A DNA stretch of 64,000 nucleotides from Pelagibacteraceae bacterium. GTDB taxonomy: Bacteria; Pseudomonadota; Alphaproteobacteria; Pelagibacterales; Pelagibacteraceae. The DNA is taken from the NCBI GenBank assembly GCA_038133865.1, contig JAYPUB010000001.1, positions 31 to 64,030 on the forward strand. The letters run 5' to 3'. The notes under the pieces are model-generated. The model saw only the letters and a program-made list of their open reading frames with translations, was not told the DNA's origin and ran no database searches. Positions 45,401 through 54,401 of this stretch are shown piece by piece. A program made the translations under genes and the position numbers. How positions within the stretch are numbered: position 1 is the stretch's first letter; each line of letters begins with the position of its first letter.

Positions 45401-47950
45401 ATGTCCACTAAAAAAATCGGTAATAGAAATATTAGTGATGAAATGAAATCATCATACTTATCTTATGCGATGAGTGTGATTGTATCTAGAGCTTTGCCAG
45501 ATGCAAGAGATGGACTAAAACCAGTTCACAGAAGAATAATTTATGCCATGTATAAAGGCGGGTATGACTGGTCTAAACAATTTAGAAAATCTGCTAGAGT
45601 TGTTGGAGATGTCATAGGTAAATATCATCCGCATGGCGATCAAGCTGTCTATGATGCTCTTGTACGTTTAGCGCAAGATTTTTCAATGAATACAAAATTG
45701 CTGGACGGGCAAGGAAATTTTGGATCTCTAGATGGTGATAGGGCTGCTGCTATGAGGTATACTGAAACTAAATTAGCAAAAATCTCAGAATATTTAATTT
45801 CTGATATAGATAAAAATACAGTTATTTTTCAAAATAATTACGATGATACAGAAACAGAGCCAATTGTTTTACCAGCGCAATTTCCAAATTTATTAGTTAA
45901 TGGAGCTGGGGGAATAGCTGTTGGTATGGCTACAAATATTCCACCTCATAATTTGGGAGAAGTTATTGATGGAACATTAGCTTTTTTAGATAACGATAAA
46001 ATTTCAATATCAGAAATTATGAAAAAAATTCCAGGACCTGACTTTCCAACAGGCGGAATTATACTTGGAAAAAATGAAATTAAAAATGGATACGAAAAAG
46101 GGAGAGGTTCAATAAAAGTTAGGGGCGAAATAGAAGTAGAAGAAGGTGATAGAGATAGAAAGTTAATAATTATTAAATCTATTCCATATCAAGTTAATAA
46201 AATTGCTTTAATTGAAAAAATAGCTTTATTGGTAAGGGATAAAAAACTCGAAGGTATAGCGGATTTAAGAGATGAGTCTAATAAAGAAGGTGTCAGAATA
46301 GTTGTTGAACTTAGAAGAGCAACTAACCCCGACATAATAATAAATCAGCTATATAAATTTTCTCCTTTAGAAAGTTCATTTGGATTTAATACATTAGCAA
46401 TAAATGAAAAAAAACCTCAGCTATTAAATTTAAAACAATTTATAGAAATTTTTGTAAAATTTAGAGAAAAAACAATAATAAAAAGAACCCTTTTTGATTT
46501 AAAAAAAGCAAAAGATAGATCTCACATATTAATAGGTTTATTTATTTCGATTGAAAATATTGATGAAATTATATCAATTATAAGAAACTCAAAAACGCCA
46601 AATGATGCAAAATCTTCCTTGTTAAAGAAAAAATGGAATTTTACTAAATCAAAGTTAGATAAAAATATACTTGATATAAATGAATTATCAAAAATTAAAG
46701 AATATCAACTTTCTGACCATCAGGTTAAAGCAATACTTGATTTAAGATTACAAAAATTAACTGCTATTGGATACCAAGAAATAAATAATGAATTAAATGA
46801 ACTTTATAAATTAATTATAAAATTAAAAAAAATATTAAACGATAAGAAAGAATTAATTAACTTAATTAAAGATGAATTAACTGAAATTAAAAATAAATTT
46901 TCAACTCCTAGAAAAACAAAGATAGTTGACCAGGTATCCAATGTAGAAATAGAAGATATTATTCAAAAAGAACATGTTGTAGTAACTGTTACTAACAAAG
47001 GGTATATTAAAAGAACACCAATTACCAATATTAAAGCCCAAAAACGTGGTGGAAAAGGTAAAATTGGTATTACTACAAGAGAAGAAGATTTTGTTACTCA
47101 ATTATTTTCAGTTAATACCTTAACACCTGTTTTATTTTTTTCTAATCAAGGAATTGTGTATAAAATTAAAACATGGAAAATACCTGAGGGATCAAACCAA
47201 TCTAAAGGTAAATCGCTACATAATTTATTACCCATTGAGAGCCAAAGCTATGTATCTTCTATAATGCCATTACCAGAAAATGAAGAAGAATGGTCAAAGT
47301 TAAATATAGTATTTATTACGAAATTAGGCAAAATTAGAAAAAATAACTTAGAGGATTTTCGAAATATTCAATCTAATGGAAAAATAGCAATGAAATTAGA
47401 TAAAGAAGATGAAATTGTTTCGGTAAAATTATTAAAAGGCGAAGAAGATGTTATGATTAATTCATATCTTGGCAAAAGTTTGAGAGTCAATAGTAAAAAA
47501 ATTAGACTTTTTAAAGGGAGAAGTTCAAAGGGAGTCAAGGGCATTAATTTAAAGAAAAATGATAAAGTAATATCTCTTTCTATTTTAAATCCAAATATTA
47601 TTTCATCCAATAAAGATGAAATGAAATCAAAAGAAGAATTTATATTAACAATAACAGAAAATGGTTATGGGAAAAGATCTTCTGCTTATGAATTTAGACA
47701 AACGGGCAGGGGAGGACAAGGAATTATAAATATTTCAACAACTGAAAGAAATGGAAAAGTTGCTGCATCATTTCCAATTAATTCTGAAGATGATATTATG
47801 CTTGTCACTAATAAAGGTCAAATGATTAGAGTTAAAGTTAGCGAGATAAGAGTTGCAGGAAGAAATACTCAAGGGGTAAGAATATTCAAAACTGCTTCTG
47901 ATGAAAAAGTAGTTACAGCTGTAAAAGTTTCAGAAAATAATAATGAGTAA
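45401..47950 (+). CDS. gyrA: DNA gyrase subunit A
   Basis: [18 protein letters not shown], GyrA box QKRGGKG. Confidence 0.97.
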   Translation: MSTKKIGNRNISDEMKSSYLSYAMSVIVSRALPDARDGLKPVHRRIIYAMYKGGYDWSKQFRKSARVVGDVIGKYHPHGDQAVYDALVRLAQDFSMNTKLLDGQGNFGSLDGDRAAAMRYTETKLAKISEYLISDIDKNTVIFQNNYDDTETEPIVLPAQFPNLLVNGAGGIAVGMATNIPPHNLGEVIDGTLAFLDNDKISISEIMKKIPGPDFPTGGIILGKNEIKNGYEKGRGSIKVRGEIEVEEGDRDRKLIIIKSIPYQVNKIALIEKIALLVRDKKLEGIADLRDESNKEGVRIVVELRRATNPDIIINQLYKFSPLESSFGFNTLAINEKKPQLLNLKQFIEIFVKFREKTIIKRTLFDLKKAKDRSHILIGLFISIENIDEIISIIRNSKTPNDAKSSLLKKKWNFTKSKLDKNILDINELSKIKEYQLSDHQVKAILDLRLQKLTAIGYQEINNELNELYKLIIKLKKILNDKKELINLIKDELTEIKNKFSTPRKTKIVDQVSNVEIEDIIQKEHVVVTVTNKGYIKRTPITNIKAQKRGGKGKIGITTREEDFVTQLFSVNTLTPVLFFSNQGIVYKIKTWKIPEGSNQSKGKSLHNLLPIESQSYVSSIMPLPENEEEWSKLNIVFITKLGKIRKNNLEDFRNIQSNGKIAMKLDKEDEIVSVKLLKGEEDVMINSYLGKSLRVNSKKIRLFKGRSSKGVKGINLKKNDKVISLSILNPNIISSNKDEMKSKEEFILTITENGYGKRSSAYEFRQTGRGGQGIINISTTERNGKVAASFPINSEDDIMLVTNKGQMIRVKVSEIRVAGRNTQGVRIFKTASDEKVVTAVKVSENNNE

Positions 47951-48437
47951 TCAAATAGCTTTATATCCTGGAACTTTTGATCCAATTACTTTTGGTCATT
48001 TAGACATTATTAAGAGAGCAACAAAAATAGTTGACTGTTTATATGTTGCCATTGCTCACAATAGTGAAAAAAAATGTCTATTTTCTCTAAAAGATCGAAT
48101 AGATATTGTAAAAAAAACAATTAATTCTTTACCAAAATCTATAAATCAAAAAATTAAAGTAGTAAGTTTTGATATGTTAACAGTTGATTATTGTAAAAAA
48201 ATAAAAGCATCAATTATTATAAGAGGGTTAAGAGTAGTTGCAGATTTTGAATATGAATTTCAATTATCCGGAATGAACAATAAACTAGACAAAAATATTC
48301 AAACTATATTTTTAACAGCTGATATTGAAAATCAAGCTATATCATCAAAAATGGTTAAAGAAATTGCTTCTTTAGGAGGAGATGTTGCTAAATTTGCACC
48401 AAAATCCGCAATAATGTATTTAAAAAAAAAAATATAA
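47943..48437 (+). CDS. coaD: pantetheine-phosphate adenylyltransferase
   Basis: [30 protein letters not shown]. Confidence 0.97.
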   Translation: MSNQIALYPGTFDPITFGHLDIIKRATKIVDCLYVAIAHNSEKKCLFSLKDRIDIVKKTINSLPKSINQKIKVVSFDMLTVDYCKKIKASIIIRGLRVVADFEYEFQLSGMNNKLDKNIQTIFLTADIENQAISSKMVKEIASLGGDVAKFAPKSAIMYLKKKI

Positions 48438-48440
48438 ATA

Positions 48441-49001
48441 ATGAATTTAAAAAAAATCATAATAATTTTATTTTTCTTAAATTTCACAACAGAAGGATCA
48501 GTTATGGCTAATACAAAAATTACAATAAAATTAAAAAATGGTGATGTAAAAGTAGAATTGTTTGATGATATTGCACCAAATCATGTGAAAAGAATATTAG
48601 AATTAAGTAAACAAGGTAAATATGATGGTGTAGCTTTTCATAGGGTTATAGACGGTTTTATGGCTCAAACAGGTGATGTAAAGCATGGAAATACAAAAAA
48701 TAATTTTAACGCAGCTATGGTAGGAACAGGCGGTTCCGATTTACCAGATTTAAAAGCAGAGTTTAATGATGTACCTCACGAGAGAGGTATATTATCTATG
48801 GCCCGATCTCAAAATCCAGATAGTGCAAATAGCCAATTTTTTATATGTTTTGACACACATCCCCATTTAGACCGACAATACACGGTTTTTGGAAAAGTTG
48901 TTTCAGGTATGGAATTTGTTGATCAAATTAAAAAGGGTGCACCCGGCTCTGGTTCCGTAGATAATCCAGATATTATCGAAAAAATTATAGTTGAAAAATA
49001 A
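48441..49001 (+). CDS. cyclophilin-type peptidyl-prolyl cis-trans isomerase
   Basis: FHRVIDGFMAQTGD, SMAR..PDSANSQFFI, YTVFG; possible signal peptide. Confidence 0.95.
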   Translation: MNLKKIIIILFFLNFTTEGSVMANTKITIKLKNGDVKVELFDDIAPNHVKRILELSKQGKYDGVAFHRVIDGFMAQTGDVKHGNTKNNFNAAMVGTGGSDLPDLKAEFNDVPHERGILSMARSQNPDSANSQFFICFDTHPHLDRQYTVFGKVVSGMEFVDQIKKGAPGSGSVDNPDIIEKIIVEK

Positions 49002-50108
49002 ATGCCAATTAAGTTTTCGTTGTTAAATGAAGACAATAGGGCAAGACTTGGTCAAATTAAAACCTCTAGAGGTGTCATAGACACACCTGCATTTATGCCT
49101 GTTGGTACAGCTGCAACCGTTAAGGCTTTAACAGTAGATCAAATAAAACAAACTAGATCACAAATTATCTTATGTAATACTTATCATTTATATTTGAGAC
49201 CGGGTACTGAAAGAATCGAAAGAGTAGGTGGTTTGCATAAGTTTATGAATTTTGACAAACCAATATTAACAGATTCCGGTGGCTTCCAAGTAATGTCATT
49301 ATCAAAAAATACTAAAATCACTGAAGATGGAGCAACATTTAATTCTCATATAGATGGGAAAAAAATATTTATATCGCCTGAAATAAGTATTGATATACAA
49401 AAAAAATTAAACTCAGATATTGTTATGGTTTTTGATGAATGTCCTGAATACACTAAAGATAAAAATAGAATTTTAAAATCAATGAATCTATCAATACAAT
49501 GGGCAGAAAGATCAAAAAAAGAATTTGGAAAAAATTCTGAAAAAATGCTTTTTGGAATTGTCCAAGGTGGTATTTTTAATGATTTAAGAAAAGAATGTTT
49601 AGATAAACTCTTAAACATAGGTTTCGATGGATATGCCCTTGGAGGTTTGGCTGTTGGTGAAACACAAAATGAAATGTTTGATACTGTAGAAGAAATTTCT
49701 GAGCATATGGATAAAAATAAGCCTAGATATGTAATGGGCACAGGAACTCCAGGAGATTTATTAGGTGCAGTAAAAAGGGGTATTGATATGTTTGATTGTG
49801 TATTACCAACTAGAACTGGAAGAACTGGATTAGCTTTTACTTGGAATGGAAAAATTAATTTAAGAAACGCTAAATATACAAATGATGACACTCCACTTGA
49901 TGAAAATGTTGATTGTCCAGGATCCAAAATGTATTCAAAAAATTATTTGAATCATCTAATAAACTGCAACGAAATCTTAGCATCTACACTAATTACATGG
50001 CATAATGTTGCTTTCTTTCAGGATTTGATGGAAAAAATAAGAAATTCTATTAAAATTGGCAAATTTGAAGAATTTTACAATCAACATTATGAAAAATTAA
50101 ATTATTAA
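49002..50108 (+). CDS. tgt: queuine tRNA-ribosyltransferase
   Basis: TPAFMPVGT, NTYHL, TDSGGFQ, GIVQGG, GGLAVGE, DMFDCV.PTR. Confidence 0.97.
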   Translation: MPIKFSLLNEDNRARLGQIKTSRGVIDTPAFMPVGTAATVKALTVDQIKQTRSQIILCNTYHLYLRPGTERIERVGGLHKFMNFDKPILTDSGGFQVMSLSKNTKITEDGATFNSHIDGKKIFISPEISIDIQKKLNSDIVMVFDECPEYTKDKNRILKSMNLSIQWAERSKKEFGKNSEKMLFGIVQGGIFNDLRKECLDKLLNIGFDGYALGGLAVGETQNEMFDTVEEISEHMDKNKPRYVMGTGTPGDLLGAVKRGIDMFDCVLPTRTGRTGLAFTWNGKINLRNAKYTNDDTPLDENVDCPGSKMYSKNYLNHLINCNEILASTLITWHNVAFFQDLMEKIRNSIKIGKFEEFYNQHYEKLNY

Positions 50109-50168
50109 AAAAGCTTGTAATATAAAGGTTTTTTTAATACATGAATTTTGTAGTTAAATACTAAAAGT

Positions 50169-50244
<76 letters not shown>

Positions 50245-50252
50245 TTAAAAAT

Positions 50253-50393
50253 ATGTTTTATTTTTTAAACTGTTTTAAATGTAAAGCATCAGTAAAAGCT
50301 TCTATAGAAACTTATAGAAAAAAAGAAAAAGTTTATTGCAACAATTGCCTTGCAAAAACATTTAAAAAAATAAAAAAGGTTAAATATTTTTAA
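50253..50393 (+). CDS. putative 46-aa zinc-ribbon protein (CxxC-x18-CxxC)
   Basis: MFYFLNCFKCKASVKASIETYRKKEKVYCNNCLAKTFKKIKKVKYF; fills the gap between tRNA-Lys and the M48 gene; the ORF-track start lies inside the tRNA. Confidence 0.6.
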   Translation: MFYFLNCFKCKASVKASIETYRKKEKVYCNNCLAKTFKKIKKVKYF

Positions 50394-51204
50394 TTTTAGG
50401 AAATTGTGTTCTTATTTGTGGAATCCAGTTCCTGATTTGCCTAATTCTATTAGTTGGAGAAGGGTGAGTGCTTAAAAACTGTGGTACTTCTCCACCCATT
50501 TCTTCTTTCATTCTTTTCCAAAGTTCTGCGCCTTCGTACAAATTATACCCTGTTAAAGATGCAAATGCCAAACCTAGGTAATCTGCTTCGCTTTCTTGTT
50601 TTCTTGTGAATGGATTAAATACACCAACTTGTAAAATATCTATTCCTGTATTTTGTCCTACTGTATTTCTAGTTCTACTTATTGCTCCACCAGTAAAAAT
50701 ATCTATTACCGCAGTTCCTAAATTTAAAGCCATTCCAGCACTAGCTCTTTCAACAGAATGTTTTGCAACCGCATGTGCAATTTCATGACCCATCACATTT
50801 GCTAAACCATCTTCGTTTTTAGTAACCTTTAAAATACCACTGTATACCGCAATTTTTCCTCCTGGCATACACCACGCATTAAGCATTTTATCATCATCAA
50901 CTAAAATATATTCCCATTTAAAATTTTTTGTTGGATCTTTTAAATTTTTACTTGCAAAATAAAAAGTTATTGCTTTTTCCATTTTTGAACCAATTCTTTT
51001 TATCATATTTAAAGTTTTTATATCTTTGCTTAGTTTTGCTTTCTTTTTAAATTGATTATAAGCTTTTATTGCATTGGCATTAATAGTAGATTCGGGTATA
51101 ATTTTTAGTTGCTTTCTATTTGTAATAGGCGCAGTAGTACAAGATGGTAATATTAACGAACAACATCCACAACCCACATAAGTTATAAATTGCCTTCTTT
51201 TCAT
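50380..51204 (-). CDS. M48-family zinc metallopeptidase (LoiP/YggG/Oma1-like), Tat lipoprotein signal
   Basis: NAWCMPGGKI, GHEIAHA HExxH, QESEAD, FLSTHPS; N-terminus MKRRQF...LPSC. Confidence 0.93.
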   Translation of the reverse strand: MKRRQFITYVGCGCCSLILPSCTTAPITNRKQLKIIPESTINANAIKAYNQFKKKAKLSKDIKTLNMIKRIGSKMEKAITFYFASKNLKDPTKNFKWEYILVDDDKMLNAWCMPGGKIAVYSGILKVTKNEDGLANVMGHEIAHAVAKHSVERASAGMALNLGTAVIDIFTGGAISRTRNTVGQNTGIDILQVGVFNPFTRKQESEADYLGLAFASLTGYNLYEGAELWKRMKEEMGGEVPQFLSTHPSPTNRIRQIRNWIPQIRTQFPKIKNI

Positions 51205-51234
51205 ATTAGCTATAATATAATATCTTATTAAAAT

Positions 51235-51318
51235 ATGAACCTAGATAATAAAGTTTTAATAGTGATTTTAGTGCTTATTATAGCTTTTATAATTTTTTCA
51301 GCTGGACATACCGTATAG
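51235..51318 (+). CDS. putative 27-aa single-pass membrane peptide; absent from the ORF track
   Basis: Manual translation MNLDNKVLIVILVLIIAFIIFSAGHTV; stop 5 nt before the DUF502 ATG. Confidence 0.45.
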   Translation: MNLDNKVLIVILVLIIAFIIFSAGHTV

Positions 51319-51323
51319 ATTAA

Positions 51324-51947
51324 ATGCCAGAAACTACTCAAAAGAAAAAAGTGTCATTTTTGGCTAGAATAAGAAATTACTTTTTAGCAGGTGTTGTTGT
51401 GTTAATTCCCATAGGAATCACGATTTATTTTTCCATTTTTGTAGAAAGAGCGTTTTCAAAACTATTACCTAAATATTTGAATCCTAATAATTTTTTACCA
51501 TTTGATATACCGGGTTTGGAAATTTTAATAACCTTTTTTATTATTACATTCATTGGAATGTTGTCAGTTACCTTTGTTGGTAAATATTTTTTGAATTTAA
51601 ATGAAAAGTTATTTAACAAAATACCTGTACTGAAAACAATATATAATGGTTTATCACAATTAACCAAAAGCTTTGCTTCTGTTGATGAAAATAACCAAAA
51701 AAAAATGGTATTAATTGAATATCCTAGAAAAGGAATATATTCATTAGGATTTGCTACAAGTGTAAACTCTGGAGAAGTTTCTAGTCGAGTAGGGGAAAAA
51801 ATGATTAACATATTCATTCCTACTACACCTAACCCTACAAGTGGTTTTTTATTAGTTGTTCCTGAAAAAGATGTTTTATATCTAGATATGTCTTTTGAAG
51901 AAGCTTCTAAATTTATTATGTCTGCAGGATCAATTAAGTCTAAATAG
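51324..51947 (+). CDS. DUF502 family membrane protein
   Basis: RNYFLAG, IPGL, IPVLKTIY, EYPRKG, FIPTTPNPTSGF, FIMSAG. Confidence 0.92.
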   Translation: MPETTQKKKVSFLARIRNYFLAGVVVLIPIGITIYFSIFVERAFSKLLPKYLNPNNFLPFDIPGLEILITFFIITFIGMLSVTFVGKYFLNLNEKLFNKIPVLKTIYNGLSQLTKSFASVDENNQKKMVLIEYPRKGIYSLGFATSVNSGEVSSRVGEKMINIFIPTTPNPTSGFLLVVPEKDVLYLDMSFEEASKFIMSAGSIKSK

Positions 51948-51956
51948 GCTTATTAA

Positions 51957-52020
51957 GGGGCTCAAGAGGAACAGAGATGGCTATATCGCTATAACTCTTG
52001 AACCAGGTTTGATATCTCTT
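51957..52020. ncRNA. candidate structured RNA element (crossing helices plus tetraloop hairpin)
   Basis: GC-richer island in an AT-rich spacer; 51959-51968 pairs with 51995-52004, 51973-51979 pairs with 52013-52019, hairpin at 51981-51994 (GCGA loop on minus strand). Confidence 0.4.
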
Positions 52021-52122
52021 ATTTTATTTGTTTTGTCTAGTTAATTTAAGTGTACTATTACTTAGTAAATTGATTTAAGTATTTATAATAAGTAATTGTT
52101 TTTATTATTTTTTTTATTATTA

Positions 52123-52494
52123 TTAATTTATAAAATTAATTACATCATTATCATTTAATGATTTAAAAAAATTAACATCATAAAGTGTTGTATTAAACTC
52201 AGCCCATACATTTACCTTTGTAACTAGGCGAATTTCATTGTTAATTGATACTGGAGTAGGTCCAAAACCTATAGCGATAGAATTTCCCTCAACCCAATAA
52301 GCTAATTCTCCAAAATTAACGATATTCCTAGCGTTTTCTTCAATTTTGACCCCCTTAATAGGAGTTTTAAAGTAGATTTCATCACCCCAAGTTTTAATAT
52401 TAGAACTAAAATCTTTATTTTTTGATATTTTTCTAGCTGTTTCTGTTTCTAGCGGTTTTATAATTATTTCCTTATTTTTAATGATTAACTTCAT
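52123..52494 (-). CDS. cyclophilin-like fold protein (DUF369/TM1367-like)
   Basis: TWGDEIYF, GELAYW.EG..IAIGFGPTP.S..EIRL...VN motifs. Confidence 0.85.
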   Translation of the reverse strand: MKLIIKNKEIIIKPLETETARKISKNKDFSSNIKTWGDEIYFKTPIKGVKIEENARNIVNFGELAYWVEGNSIAIGFGPTPVSINNEIRLVTKVNVWAEFNTTLYDVNFFKSLNDNDVINFIN

Positions 52495-52522
52495 GATTAT
52501 CTAATAATAATAATTACAAATA

Positions 52523-52551
52523 TTGACATCTATTAATAGTTGCATTATTAC
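52523..52551 (+). promoter_or_regulatory. candidate sigma70 promoter of the recombinase gene
   Basis: TTGACA 52523-52528, 17-nt spacer, TATTAC 52546-52551. Confidence 0.5.
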
Positions 52552-52582
52552 TAACGATAATTTATTGTTATCAATAGTAATA
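52546..52582. repeat. inverted-repeat recombinase target site (lox/dif-like), 15-bp arms and 7-bp spacer
   Basis: TATTACTAACGATAA-TTTATTG-TTATCAATAGTAATA; arms are 13/15 reverse-complementary; the last base is the A of the recombinase ATG. Confidence 0.75.
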
Positions 52583-53541
52583 TGAAAAGTTTAGTAAATG
52601 AAATAAAAAATTTAGAACTAGAAACTCTTGAAAACATAAAACATTCAAGAGCGTATAATACATCTAGGGCTTATAAATCTGATTTTAAAGATTTTGTTAT
52701 ATTTTGTAATAAGTTAAATAAAAACCCTATAAGACCGGAAATTAAAGATATTAGCTTCTATTTAACAAAATTATCAAAAGAAAATTTAAAATTTAGTACT
52801 ATAAAAAGGAAGCTGGTTTCAATAGTAATTGCTAATAGATTAAAGGGTCACCATATAGACACAAAGAATCCAATTATAAATGACAATTTAAAATCAATTA
52901 AAAGAAAAATTGGTTCCATTCAGATTGGAAAGAAACCTCTATCATTAGAAGATTTAAAAAAAATAATAACTTCAATCAATACGAATTTTAAAATTCATAA
53001 AAATAGAAAAATTAGAGATAAAGCATTATTATTAATTGGTTTTGCAGGAGGGTTTAGAAGGTCAGAGTTAGTAAATTTAGATTTTCAAGATATAGAATTT
53101 GTTAACGAGGGTATAAAGATAATAATAAAAAGATCAAAAACAGATCAGTATGGAGAGGGCTTTATAAAAGCAATCCCCTATTTTTTAAATTCTGAATTTT
53201 GTCCAGTTCATGCATTGAAAAATTGGTTAAACAATTCATATATAAATAAAAACTCTATATTTAGGAAAATTTCAAAAAGTGGAAATATATTGCAAAATAG
53301 ATTAACAGACCAATCGGTAGCTTTAATATTGAAAAATCATATGCTCAATGCAAATTTGAATCCAACAAATTACTCAGGACACAGCCTAAGATCAGGCTTT
53401 GCGACAGCAACTGCCAATTTAGGAGCTGACGAAAGAAGTATAATGGCTATGACAGGACACAAATCTACTCAAATGGTAAGAAGATATATTAAAGAGTCAA
53501 ATTTATTTAAAAATAATGCTCTAAACAAAATAAATTTATGA
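52582..53541 (+). CDS. Cre-like tyrosine recombinase / site-specific integrase
   Basis: N-terminal NTSRAYKSDF SAM-like domain; RDKALLLIGFAGGFRRSEL (R), RSKTDQ (K), HSLRSG (HxxR), GHKS, VRRY (Y): full catalytic set. Confidence 0.93.
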   Translation: MKSLVNEIKNLELETLENIKHSRAYNTSRAYKSDFKDFVIFCNKLNKNPIRPEIKDISFYLTKLSKENLKFSTIKRKLVSIVIANRLKGHHIDTKNPIINDNLKSIKRKIGSIQIGKKPLSLEDLKKIITSINTNFKIHKNRKIRDKALLLIGFAGGFRRSELVNLDFQDIEFVNEGIKIIIKRSKTDQYGEGFIKAIPYFLNSEFCPVHALKNWLNNSYINKNSIFRKISKSGNILQNRLTDQSVALILKNHMLNANLNPTNYSGHSLRSGFATATANLGADERSIMAMTGHKSTQMVRRYIKESNLFKNNALNKINL

Positions 53542-54401
53542 ATTTAAAATATAATGAACTAACTATTGTCGTTATATCTTTTAAAAGTAATGAAAATGTT
53601 AAAAATTTACTGTCTTTAATCCGTAAAAGTGTAAATATCATAATTGTAGAAAATTCAAATGACCTATCCCTTAAAGAATACTATTCAAAAGATGGTAATA
53701 TAAAATTTATATCAAAAGATAATATTGGATTTGGACCAGCGATTAATGTAGCAGCTAAATTAATTAACACTAAATATTTTTTTGTTTTAAATCCAGATTT
53801 ATCAAAAATAAATGAAGATATAATTTTCAATTTTTTAAAATACTCAAAACAATTAAATGATAATTTTGGTGTTCTAGGTCCAAGATATAAAAATTTAGAA
53901 AATGATAAGAGTCTTAAACAGAGTGATAAAAATAAAAATATAAAAGATATTGAATGTATTAGTGGTGCCGCTATGTTTTTTTTAAAAAAATCATTTGATT
54001 CAATTGGAGGTTTTGATGAAAATATTTTTTTATATTTTGAAGAAAATGATATTTGTAAAAGATTAAATAAAAAAAATAAAAAGGTTTTTCAAATAAATAA
54101 CATAGAAATTAACCACGAAAGAGGAAATTCTTTTATTCCCGATAATACAAATGAAATTGAAACCATGAAGCTCAATAGCATATGGCATTTTTCATGGTCT
54201 AAGTTTTATTATTTAAAAAAACACTATACTTATTTATGTGCAATAATTATAATTTTTCCAATAATTTTAAGATCTACATTTAAAATACTAATTCATTATT
54301 TTTTTAAAAATGAAAAAGATTTGAAAAAATATAAATATCGCCTATCTGGTTTGATTAATAGCATCATTTTAAATAAATCTTTTAAAAGACCAGAATTATA
54401 A
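53538..54401 (+). CDS. glycosyltransferase family 2
   Basis: IVVISF, VENS, NIGFG.AIN, LNPD, SGAAMF, GGFDENIFLYFEENDIC; ATGA overlap with the recombinase. Confidence 0.9.
   Translation: MNLKYNELTIVVISFKSNENVKNLLSLIRKSVNIIIVENSNDLSLKEYYSKDGNIKFISKDNIGFGPAINVAAKLINTKYFFVLNPDLSKINEDIIFNFLKYSKQLNDNFGVLGPRYKNLENDKSLKQSDKNKNIKDIECISGAAMFFLKKSFDSIGGFDENIFLYFEENDICKRLNKKNKKVFQINNIEINHERGNSFIPDNTNEIETMKLNSIWHFSWSKFYYLKKHYTYLCAIIIIFPIILRSTFKILIHYFFKNEKDLKKYKYRLSGLINSIILNKSFKRPEL

Noticed and set aside
49346-49927. Long antisense ORFs (193 aa opposite tgt; also 18597-18980, 20980-21312, 34533-34865, 51425-51817 and others)
   Set aside because: They are shadows of well-conserved genes on the other strand, with no recognisable motifs.
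51957-52020. Calling this element tmRNA, SRP RNA, RNase P RNA, 6S RNA or a SAM-V riboswitch
   Set aside because: It lacks the diagnostic motifs or length of each (tRNA-like ends and tag frame, SRP loop, full 6S rod) and is not in a 5' leader; kept only as an unassigned candidate.
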